A DNA stretch of 64,000 nucleotides, taken from positions 26,772,798-26,836,797 of the forward strand of contig OZ316893.1 in the NCBI GenBank assembly GCA_973895155.1, written 5' to 3'. This DNA is from Marsupella aquatica (lineage: Eukaryota > Plantae > Marchantiophyta). Position 1 is the first letter of the stretch. Each line of letters begins with the position of its first letter. Both the position numbers and the translations under genes were made by a program. The notes below the pieces were generated by a model that did not search any database, was not told the DNA's origin, and was given only the letters and a program-made list of their open reading frames with translations. Shown here in pieces: positions 50,091 to 62,200 of this stretch.

Positions 50091-52727
50091 TTTGAGATCC
50101 TGTCTCCTGGTATGGCGCCCCTTTGTGCCTTGCATAGTGACGACTAATTAATCAACTTGATATGACACATGTTTGAGTTCTTGGCAATTTGCTGTCTAGG
50201 CTAAAAGGCACTAGGCAGGCAATATTATAGGTAACTATATTTTTCTAAGCAAGATTAGTGCTGCAAACATACTTAACTGTACTTCCCACCCAAAAGTGGA
50301 TTATAATCATCGCCACTAAGGATGTCTCCTTCTGACTAGAGAACAGTATTTAAGGAAAAACCCTTTTAGAGAGGATGAGGTGATTTGAGCAGGTGGCTAT
50401 ATGATTTGAGTTTAATGAAAATTGAGTTTTAGCACCCTTCATGCAATATGAAGAGGGAATTTTGTCAAATTTTTTGCTCAAGTACCATCATGGTCAAGAA
50501 CGCTGCTCTTTTTTTGCATCGGTCAATAATAAAATTGACACCAATTTAGAAAAAAATAGTATGATGCCCTCTGGTGGAACTTGGATTTTGGGACCTTTAA
50601 AGTTTGCTGCGAGGGCATTCACCTGATGGCTTGGTCGAAAGCCTGATGACTTCACAATCATTTGATCAACTCCTGTAGTTGAAGATCCATGCGTAGAAGC
50701 TTAGATGAAATAAAGTTGGTGGACAGACACATCACCAAGCTGAACTATGGTGATGTGTCCCAATAGAAAGCCGTCATAGGCTGAATGTAAGTATCATTTA
50801 TTTCATTTAAACTTCTACGCATGCTTACATTAAGCCTATTAGGCCGTCATAGGCTTAATGTAACTCAAAGCACAAGACTAAGCTGTCCACACATATAAGA
50901 TCCAAGGTCACAGATTGAACATCATCACCCACATATCTAAGATCTTATAAAGCACATGGATGGCAATGAGCCACAGTATCTAGTAAGATTTCAAGTAAAT
51001 TGAGGCATAAACATATTAGGCATGTATCTCTCAAAGGGTAAGTGTAGCATGCAAGCAAACAGGAAAAAAAATGTTAGGACAAACATGCCCAACTTCTCGA
51101 GCAAAGTTAGTCCCTAACTAGCCTAAAATCCAATTTTGAGACTCCTCTTTTTGCTACAGTAGTTAACTCACTAGTGATATGTAGTCTTAAAAATGCACTA
51201 GATATACAAATTGAACAAAAATCAGAAAACATTAAGAACCAGTCTCCTTGAATACTCTCTAACAATGCTCTCTTTGCAGTATACAATACCTCCAACGCCC
51301 TTAAACAGAGCTAACCAATTGTCAAGTACTCTAGAAAGGGCGTACAGTCTAGGGTGAAGCCTATAGTGAATCTGGGGCTGGGAACGGTGTTGCAGATGGG
51401 GTGCTTTAGTCCGTGCAAAGGCATCAGAACTAGTAAGGAAATCAGAAGCAGTGAATTTAACAGAATTCATCTATGCTGCACAGGGCTAACTACTACGGAG
51501 GTGGAGGGCGCGTAACCTATTGGGGGGGCACACCCTGTTCCGTGCAAGTGCTGGTAGTTACAAAATGTAAAACTGGATAATCAAAGATGTTCCCAGAATT
51601 TTTAAGTTTTAAATCACAAGAATGTCAGAAGCTTGGTTTCCTTACTGACAAAGGGGTTGAAACAGTTATGAGGGGGGAATCTGAAGACATAGGGGTCGAA
51701 ACTCGAAACTGAGCACGACAGTAGCCATGAACCTTGATGGATCCTATCCTAGACCATTTCTCGAGCGAAGCATTTTCGTGGAATGAAATTGAAAATTTGA
51801 GCCGTTAAATTACAGGACTCTGAATCTTGGGTGGGGTTCGCTGCCAACAATCAATCCGGCTGGAGTGGACTTACAGTAGCTCCGGATCATTCTGATTTGG
51901 CACAGTTCTCTGGTATCTAGCCAGCCTGACTTTACCACCGGCCGTCCAGTACTCCAGTAGCATAGACTTGTGGCTCCTCACTTGGTTGGTTGGTTCAGTA
52001 AGTTATCGTCTCGGGACTTGACCCGGATTCATTCCGTGAGTTCGGACCACACAAAGAGAAGGAGACTTCTGAAGAAGAAAACTGACGCTAGATTTAGAGT
52101 CACAAACATCTGTCTGAGTGGGGTGATTGTCAAGATGACTGGCTGGGACAAGAAGACTAGAAGAGTGACTGGAGAGTGATGGCGGAGGAAGCAAGTAGCC
52201 AAGTATGTATGCCGCGGTGAATTGGATCGAATCGAAGGGGTAAGACTGGACTTTTCAGAAGAAGTGAAAGAGAGAGAAGAGTGGGCAAAGGGCTTGCTAA
52301 ATATAGCCTGAACGTCGCAATGTAGGGACAGCCAAAATAAGGTAAGGCTGGCACAATAAAGCGAATATTTAGGTTCTCGCTCAATTTCATTGTCTTCTTG
52401 CGCGCTGTCATTGATGCATCACCGGTTCAAGAGCCACGTTGCTACCGCCTCGTGGATTGCGGTACCCCAGCTGAAGCAAATCCACGTCCAACCGTGCCCT
52501 TCGAGCGGTGACTCCTTTTCTTTCAGGAGCGGCCGGCACTACGGGTAGTGGCAGAGGTTTACACTATCCTCTGGCTCATTTAACCTGCCCACCCCTCATT
52601 ATTCATCGTACTCGTCCGCATTGTCTTCTTGCTCAACTCTCCTTCCGAGTGTGGAGGGTGGAGTGTCGAGTACTTGAGTGTGAACTAGCTACAGAAAGAG
52701 ACTCCTGATCCTGCGTCAACAACGAAC

Positions 52728-55700
52728 ATGAACACGAAGGTTGCACCACCGCGCCAACCATCATCCGTCAGTTACTGCGGTGCGCACGCAAGCTATCCAT
52801 GGTCGGCCTGAAGCCGAGATCATAAAGATGGGAGGGGTGTAGATTCGACAGGGATGTTCTTCGGGAAGGAAGCGAGGAAAGGGGTCGCAGCCTTCGATCT
52901 GAAGTTGTGCCGACATAGAGGGGGAGAGATGGGGTTTAGGCATCCCGTCAAAGACAGATCGAAATCACAGGTTCTTGGCGGGGAGATAGAGTAGTGCTTG
53001 GATAGGCAAAGGTTTGGAGGACGAAACACATGCTTTGCTGTGGCCCATGTGCCCGCTCATGTGTTCATCTTTACCAGATAGCCTCACCCTCGTTCTAGCT
53101 TTCTCGATGAAGTGTGGGCCTCCAATCTCAGGTGGTCGTATCGTGATTGTACGTCTATATCTATCGAAAGGCCCACGGTGTGATTTCTCAGACTGATAAC
53201 CTGGTGCGTTGTTTTCTGTCCGACCCGCTATCCTTTGAAGCTTTCCCACGGAATAAATGAAGGTGTCTGCTTTAGCGTCAGGGTTTACTGTTGTAGACAC
53301 AGGCTGGAAAGGGTCCCGGACGTTGGTATTGAACTTGGTCGTAGTGCAGGAGGCCCCATTGTGTGCTCTCCGAAATACATTGTGCAGCAAGCAAGCACCA
53401 ATCACTGTTTGACTCGGAATCAGATAGGCGGGCCCCTTACTTTTGTTGCCCCGATATGGACGAAACGTAAAGGTAAGTGGCACACCGGTACCGCAGGTGT
53501 GCGCCACCCTGCAATTAGCTTCACGTCGTTTGTCTCTCGTTTTTCTCTCCTAACAGCATTTCGGGTGACTACGAAGTCTTGTCCTGTCTACGTTTGATTC
53601 ATATTGACTCGTGGTTTGCCTCTCGTGTGGCGCGGTTTCAAAATAATCGATCTGTTGAAGGCCATCTTCCTCAGCGCCCTTACCAAACCCAGCATGGTGT
53701 CAAATCCCAACTCTCTCTGATTTTCCGTCAGCAGATTTAGACAGGATGGCCATCTCTACGCCCGAGCGAGCTTCCGTCTCGGGAATTCTGAGTGAGTCAA
53801 GATTTGACAGATTACTGGATTTGGTGGGACGCCGATGAAAACGGCCTCCTACAGATGCATACTTCTAATTTCCGAATTTGCGCGAGAATGATTGCTATCA
53901 TTTTCGTGACAAAATCGTTAAAGGTCAGTTGAGCGCAAGGAATTCATATCGCTGTGCTTACCATCTCAAGATTATTGAGGGAATAACACCTCCACTGGGC
54001 GTTTGTTCCTCGGTTGTTCTCCTTTGCACCTCAAACACGGGACATGGTGCATTACATCTTGAGCTACGTGAGATAGGTTACAAGTTTTAAACGCATGGCG
54101 GCCGTGTTCTTGAAGTGGCCACCTGTTCGGCTGTTTTTGTCTGTTGAAAAATGTCCAAAAAGGAACCAGCTGAATGGAACTCTCTTCTTCCCTGCGAAAG
54201 AACAGAAGAGCACTAGCAGGTTTGGAGATTGTCCTAGCGCAGTGTATCTCAGTATTTAGAGAGCATTGCAGTTGCCGAGTCTACCTAGATAATCGGCAGA
54301 TGGCCAATGTGCCGCGAACTTTAGTGGTTTGATGACGTGAACAGTTCATGTGTCTCGCCTCTCTGACAATGCTCTTACCGTGAGGAGCATTTTAGACTCG
54401 TTACATGATGCGCATGTGTCTCAAGCGAGGACTTCTCTTTGGAATCATGGTTCAGCGAATAACTGGAAGAGCTGTTCAGCATATTTCATACAAGCAAGCA
54501 TTGTCCACTCTGGGAGTTAGCATTTGTACTACACTGGAAATTTCTAGTGATCTGACGTTACGTCTGTGAAGTGAATGTGGATATTGGACCCAGTCTGTAG
54601 CTAGTAGCTGCAATGCCTCTCATCTTAGATACTTATGACGGCTCCCACTTGAATATATTCTCTTTGCCGAATGGTTGTTATCATCGTGGAATTTAAACTT
54701 CTCGACTTTAATGTGAAGTGATAGACTCCAGATTTCTTATGCCTGAATATATGGTGCTCAAAGCAACTGATCGAGTCTGGGTTTCATGTAAAATTTATGG
54801 TATTGGCCTTGACCTGTTTTCTCTCGAATTGGGCAAGGCAAATGGTTAGAGAGTAACCAACTTACCAGAATTCCACATGTATATCCATTTCATCGAGTCG
54901 GGGCGTACATAATGTTCTTGATATACCCTGCGTTGAAAACACGGTTGAGTTAGGAAAGCTGTACCGTTGGAGAAGCTGGCTACTCGTGGGCAAAGTACCG
55001 ATCTCACTGTTGTCCGAGCCAGCTGTTCCGAATATCTCATCATATAAGAAGTCTCACTTTCCATGTGAGAAACTGCACTTCATAACGATTTCATGGATTG
55101 GGAAGTTTCCTGTCCCTCACCTGATTAGTGCTGTTCGGAGAGTGATTCCATTTCCGACAGTTCAACACTTAGAGTTGTTCAAATTTGCATGCGAGACCCG
55201 ACTCTTGGTGTTTACTATTCCCAACGACAAGCTTTACATTTTTGTTGAGTCTTTAACCCACCCGTTACCGATCGGAAGCACTCGATGGAACGGTGGAGTC
55301 TGGCGTCCGACCAAATTTATCCAGAATCATACAGTTGGCCGAAAGATCATCACATTTGCGTGTTTACATGTACGCCAGGCAACAACTGCACCTTCAAATA
55401 ATTTGGACGAGTTTGATCGAGTGAGCAACCACGCGTACTGGAGTGATGATATCTACACATGTTTCTAGCAAGGATTGGAACTATCATTCTATGTTGCGAC
55501 GGACTGAACGTGGCCCGCAGTCAAGTGGTGTCTCGACTCGATTTCTTGCTCCATTCTACCCCCGGGATTGATCGAGGTGTTGGTGAGCAATAAATTCACA
55601 GCAGTTGTGGCAATGTCACTAGACAAAGATGGTTGTCAGTCGTGCAGAAGATCGGAATATTGTTGATGTCAACTTCCCTCCAATTGAAAAACTTTCGAGT

Positions 55701-56200
55701 ATGTATATGTCTTCTCCCTCCTGACCAGCAGGCGTATCCGCAGCTATATAGGTCGTGACTAATGTACGCCGAATCCCTTTCTACAGTCGTTGTTTTCGGT
55801 TAAAAGATGATGGCAAGAGTCTGAAACGTGATGAATTTGGCATTCAACCTCAGGGTATATTGGAACTATAGTTGTGATCGGCAACTAACACCTGAAGGAA
55901 TCTGAGACTTCACAGGAGGCTCAAAGATCGGTTAGCACCGAGTAAGTGGACTTCGGAGAATATATATACTTTCCATTATCGTCAACTCGGTGGCACGAGG
56001 TTGTTTTCTTGTCCGTCCCTTGACAGTCAACATTCCGGACAGACCACAGACGAGGAAAGTCTCTCATCACTGCAAGAGCCCTCTGGAGCAAACTGAAGAT
56101 CTGCACTCGCAATATCATCGCCAAATGGTCGACACAAGTTCAGTAGACACGCGAAAGGGTTGGCTTACATGCAGTGGAAACGACGCTAGTGATATCAGCT
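52728..56200 (+). pseudogene. Decayed multi-exon gene, convergent with the transposase remnant and sharing its Cys-rich domain
   Basis: AG|GTAAGT donor at 53472; WRKY-like NDCYHFRDKIVKGQLSARNSYRC (about 53885-53960); GVWRPTKFIQNHTVGRK in ORF 54986-55468; DGCQSC...FRVCICLLPPDQQAYPQL (55625-55750, across frameshifts), which aligns with the minus-strand copy. Confidence 0.4.
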
Positions 56201-59000
56201 CGAAATAATGAGACCAGATATCCAATCTCAACACAGAGACCTAAGAGTCCTGTCACGGATAATTTTGCCTTGGAGTGGAATACTCAGGAAGGTATTAAGC
56301 AGCTGTTCTGGAGTACTGTAAGTAAATTAGGATGAACGTAACCCTCGTATCGTCCCGGAATTGAGAACTCAAAGCACCCAAATGTTGCAATTGAATTTGC
56401 AACCCTTACAGTCAAAACCTGAAGTGTAATATTAATAGTATTAAGGAGCTTTGAAGAGCACAAGTAAAATGTAAGATGAACGATATTCTTGTAGATAGTG
56501 AGAACCCTAAGCATCGAAGGTTTCATTTATATCTGCTACATCAGACCTGAAAGCAGTGCCGTCGTCGACCTTAAAGATGAAGAGAAGATCACATAGCAGC
56601 ATCAGTATCAAGTGCGCAGGTTGCAAAGAAGCCACCTATTAAACCAGGCGCCTTCACGAATAATATGTCGAACATACAATTTGTAATTCTGGAAAAAAAA
56701 ACAGTAGGCAATGCTCCTGAATATTTGTGCTTCATTGAACTTCTATACTATTCATTACACTTGAGGTACGTTACTCGACTTTGGCTATTGCTGAGTGTGA
56801 TAGGAGTAAATGCACTTCTTGTCCTTCCCATCTTGATTTCGGTAAGCATTTGGTTCCTCACCGAGAAGTGAGGTTCCGACTTATACCAGTTGCAGTACGC
56901 TACGGCGGGCAAGCCTGGATTTACAAATTCGCATGCAAGTACATCCCTCATATCAGCAACATCGTTGTCTAGTCCGTGCTTTACTACACAAGCACTTTTT
57001 GTCCTTAAATTGCTCGACGTCGCGGAAGGGTTGAATCATCGAAGCGTTCAATCAACTTACCTGGTTGATTTGACATCATTTCCTGTTTAGTCACCAATAC
57101 TGTTGTTTAGTGCAGTCATGTTGCAAAAGAACTTTCTACCTTAAAATAATTGACATAACGCAAAGGCGTTCAGGTCTTCACATCTAAGGTACTTGATCAT
57201 CTCACTTAACTGATTTGACATGATTTCCCAATTAATAGTGACACGACTCCATCAGAAAAGAGGGCACCAACGGGACCACTTCCTGCTTGGACATGTAGAA
57301 CACCTTGAAGGACGTTCCATTAAGTGAAGCCTGTCAGACGAAAGGGCTGTATGTCAACCGATATCCCTGGGTTTCACTCAACCCCGGACTGCTGAGAAAA
57401 ACCTTCCTTCCGACGATCTCCACTTTTCTACATTCTAAATGAATTCCTCTCAGAGTCGTCACTATCCTAGTTGTGTGAAAATTATCAAAGCAATCCATAG
57501 CCCTCAACCATCTATACCTCCCTAAGCATTATGATGAGATTTCTAATTGAATTGAACAGGCCTCGGTCTGGACGATGCTAAATAACAGTGGACAACATCC
57601 AGGACCCGTCTATCAAAACAGCTTCGTACTCATTGGCGTACGAGACACTTGTCACTATATACTTATAATGTAGGCAAGCCTAGGAAACTTGTTGGACTGG
57701 TCAATTGGATGACATGGCATAATGCATATGAAAACCGACAGCGAAGATGGAAAACCATGCCCGTCACATGCCATAGCTCCGCACTTCTTGCAACGATCTG
57801 AAGGAATCTCAGTACGCTTTGAATTGCGTACCAGCTAGAGCCTGGGATGAAAAGAGAGTACAGTGTACACTCCGTCGCAGTTCGTTACCTATCGTTACTC
57901 GTCTGCATGGCTATCACATGTGGCACTCACGCGTATAACAGCTAGAAAAGGAAGATCAGAACGATTAGGACCAGACATTTGGAGAGGATCTTCAAAAAGA
58001 AACCAGCATTGCAGCGTCAGCGCCCGCAGAATTAAGGACAATCATATTGCTTTAATGCAATCTAGTTCGAGATGCCGGTAGAGAACTCCTTAGCTGGTCA
58101 GCTTGCCATCCAATTCGAGCATTCTGATCGAAGGGAAGTGAGGCAGAATGGATCTTTACAAGCCTGCACCGTTCACGAGGACGATCACTGAAGGAGAACC
58201 GCTGGCAGGACACCCTACGGTATCTCATCTGTCACATGGAGGTGCATCACAACGCTTTCTGGTGCTTCAACAATTGCTCCAGCACAATTGCTCGAAACGG
58301 ACAGTACTAGTATAGCTTCCAGCAGGGACGTTGCGCTGGTCCTTCATTGCTGAGTTCATGATAATCATCGATCTGTCAGTAACTCGAAACACCACGGTAG
58401 TTCTTCTGCGTTATGAAGGTGATGCACAGCGCAGCACGATTCTGAAAAAGGATTACAGTACCATAGAGCCTTCCTGCTGAGCGATTGAGGTGCTACTGTG
58501 CTCTCGATCATCATCCATCTGCAGTCAACTTCGGCCCGCAAGAACGGTCTCTCTGCATCGAACCAGTACAACACAATAGGGTTCTAAGCGAAGGCCGTGA
58601 CTTCCTTCCTACTCCCTTCACCATTATTTTGGCAGGTCCTAACAAACTACATTAAGCTGCTGCCATAGCTGCGGCGATGGTGCAACCTTTCCACCACGCC
58701 GACATTCTCGACCAAGACTGAAATCGGATTGGAATTGAGAGTATCGCCATCGCCTTTTCGACGAAATGCTCGAGACAATCTTGTTCACAACCCGTGAAAG
58801 AGCTTCGGCTGTCGACTCTACAATGGCGCGCCTCTTCCCCAAAAAGCTTCCGTTCAAAATGGGTTCGGGCCACGGTAAGTCAAAGTGAATGTGAAAAGCA
58901 AATTTTACTTCCACGAAGACACGCAGCACCGTCGTTGAAAATTTGACACCTGGTGGTACATCACCCCAGGTACAGTAGTACATAGCTTGAACTAACTATG
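56200..59000 (-). pseudogene. Decayed Mutator-like transposase paralog (N-terminal Cys-rich domain plus degenerate DDE region)
   Basis: KRRWRYSQFQSDFSLGREC (about 58.7 kb); DRCKKCGAMAC...SVFICIMPCHPIDQSNKFPRLAYII (57665-57830); PFV*QASLNGTSFKVFYMSKQ (about 57.3 kb); RTKSACVVKHGLD...PGLPAV (about 56.9-57.0 kb). GTAAGT donor at about 57060. Confidence 0.45.
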
Positions 59001-59009
59001 GGGGTTAGG

Positions 59010-59226
59010 AAGAGGACCATGGTCGAGATCCACTCAAGCGCAGGCCATCTGAGTGGGACGAGAAACGCCCACGGTAGAGGGTCGCATGACATCCCTGGGA
59101 GGGGGGAAGGAAAGGACCACGGGAGAATGATGCTAAAGTTTGCATGCCGTCGCAGGGAGGGGAGGACCACGGTAAACGGTAAAAAGTGCATGCTATCCCG
59201 GCGGGAGCGGATGAGGACCACGGCAT
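59010..59226. repeat. Degenerate tandem repeat of about 50 bp upstream of the minus-strand transposase remnant
   Basis: aggaccacgg at about 59113, 59163 and 59214 (aggaccatgg at about 59013); the last three are each preceded by gcatg-x-x-x-tc...gggag. Confidence 0.65.
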
Positions 59227-62200
59227 AAATAAGGTACGCTGATTGACTGACCTTCATCCGTCCCGTCTTGGGCGATGGCCAAGTGTTGGGATTTGGGCGG
59301 TTCACATCAGAGTTAATGTAATCCGGACGTCCAATGGGGTTCGAGTTTTATGCTTTGTCAGCAAGAAAGATTCTATAGTACTGAATGCGTTCCTTATTTC
59401 ATTCGAATGTGGAAATGTAACAGAGGAGCACCTTATTACAAGGGCCAAACAAAGTACAAGACTTGGGGTCACTGGTGACTTTTTTTGGGGGTTCATTAAA
59501 TGCAAATCCCTTCAATGAGAGTATGAGTCAAAATCTGGACCACCTGTCGACGTGGTCTACAATTCTAGACAAAACAAAGTCTGCAGCAACCTTTCCCTTG
59601 GGCCCAGTCCTTGCCATGGAGGAATTGGTAGACTCCATACCTGAATAGACACCCAATTTGGATGTAAAGCCATCTCTGCAACCAATTCCACTCATTCTAT
59701 GAGACTTGATCTAGGAGGGAATAAAAAGAAGCAATGCGTCTTGCATCTCCAAAAGCCACCCTTAAGTACCCTAAATTTTAGCAACTATAATCTTCTCTAA
59801 AGATATGTTGAAGTTTGTTCAAAAGCAATGCATCCCAATTCTCTTATAGAAAGAATGACCATACCAAGTATTGAGCTGCTTTCATGCTCCTATTTTATTG
59901 CAATTGTGGGAAATCATGGCCCAATGACCCACAGGGGATGCATTAGAATGTTGTTGCCAACAAAATTGGCAAGAGAATTGGTGAATCTTATATTAATGGG
60001 GAAGAAGGGATATATCACACTCCTGGTTACCTAGGTGAACTGAAATGGTATATCACAGGTCATATAATAGATTGAAGACTTTAGGACCACCCACTGTATT
60101 CACAAAAACTTTAAAGAGGGATTACAGTAATAAATGGCTCATGTTACACTCGTCATTAACATAACAGGATGTAGTGTATTGGGGTTAGTTTTGGTTTTGC
60201 ATCCAACAAGAATCTTCACCATAAGATTCTTGAGGTTGCTATGTGGCACTTATGATGGGTTCACATGGCACAATCTAATCAGCCTATGTGGCACTCTATA
60301 GGGAATTCCATGTTTTGAACTTGGAAATTCTGAATTTGAATTCTGGAGTTTATAAATGTAATGTAAACTTCCCTACTCAGCCCAACCCATGGTAAATTTG
60401 CCAGGGAATGATCTTCACCATCCCTGTATCCTATGCAATGAATGACTTTCCAACCCTTCATACTCAAAAGTGAGTCCAAGAATGACCTAGAATACTTGTT
60501 GTACTCAAGAGTACTTAGTTTGTGTAACAAATGGCAACAAAAACCTCTACAATGATTAAAATAAAATGACCAAACAATGAGATGGATTGAACTGGGACTG
60601 AACCTAAGTAGCAAGTGCCCCTAACAAATGGGCTTAGCTTCAAGAACACACAAACTAACCCTACAAGAACGCTAACTCAAGATGGCCCTAACTTGGGTAG
60701 AAGAAACCCGGGCCTTTGCAGGCATGCCAGGGACATGGGGAGAGACACTGATAGCCATATAACTAGGCATGTCTTTCTTCACTAACTTGATGAATGCTGT
60801 CATTGTCTGACCACTGATGAGAGCATTGTGGGAGCTAGTGAGTACAAAATTATGCATTGCAATGTGGTGTTGGAACAACCATATAGCCACAGTATAGCTA
60901 GCTACACCAATAACATGGTAACACTTGTATTCCTCACTTCTATGGAAAGGGCCGTGGCAGTAAGGGTTTGTCCTAGAGGAATGGTGCACGTGTCATATAG
61001 AGCTCTACAATCGGCTGAGAACTGAAGTTAGTCCATCCTACTTATAATTTTTCAGTTCTATTTATGTTGCCATCATTTGAATTGTGTTTGGCTGGTCAAA
61101 CGTAACAGAAGCTTCTCTCTCAACCAAACAACATCCTTTTTGACACAGCAGAAGTCTCCCTGCAATTACAGTAATTGATCTCCTCCATCAAGGCCAAGCC
61201 CTCAAGAAAGCAAATATTGTATTTTAATCACAACCCCTGATTAATTTTGTTTCTTTCCCCATCAACAAAGCCTCAACTTTAGACTTGGGCCGTGACAGAG
61301 AATTTATACTAGGATAAATATTCACACTGCTGTCAAAGTTAAAGTTGAAGGTGAGATCTGATTTTGCAAATCTGTTGGACAGACAAATTCCCAATGCCAG
61401 AAAAAATACAATGCTTCAGCTCTTGAATCTATTGCCAAAGAGGGCCAGAATGACATGGGAGAAGGACTGGTACTATAATCATGTTGGGCGACTATACTAC
61501 CTGGCAAGGTATAGCGGCCCAGTAAAGGTAAGATATTTCAATACAAGCCTGTCAGGTATTCAATTTTGACTATAACTTGTGCAATACCCAGCCTGGCTGG
61601 TTTTGGCTCTTCTTAAACCCACCTCTATCTATACATGGCCCAGCATGTACAGATTTTGCTATACCTTGCTTTATACACATGCCTCCCAGGTATTGATTTA
61701 CGAAAAACCTAAAGATTAGGTGTAAGGGTGCCTCCTTTTACAAAAGACAAAAGGGTTTAGGCGTAAGTGTTTCAAATGTTGGGTCCAACATTGTTATTAT
61801 GAGTCTTAATTTACTACACCCGTACCAGGTCGAAAATCTGAATTTTTTCTTTTTATATACCTTGACGGTTTGAATATTTTTGGGCCGGCTATATGTCAGA
61901 CTTGCCAAATTGAAATATCCACCTATGCAACAATACAGGTTCACCAGGAAGAGAGAGTCACAAGATGGTAATCACAATAGACTCATCCACAAAGGTGGGA
62001 CTGTCTCTGTGCAATTTTTGCAAATGTTGTAGAAAAAAATTCTATTATTCACACTTGCTTAGCCAGGCATGAAAGGTGTATTTTTTGGAGGTATATGCTT
62101 GATGAACCCCCTGCCAGAAAACTTTATGTGAAACCCCCTCCCCCACAAAATTTTGTTGCAAACTAGACCCCTTCCATAGGTTCTGTAGTATGGTTCTTGT

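Noticed and set aside
52965-53507. 180-aa minus-strand ORF as a gene
   Set aside because: No domain signal. Splice and paralog evidence favours the + strand here, so it is probably an antisense shadow.
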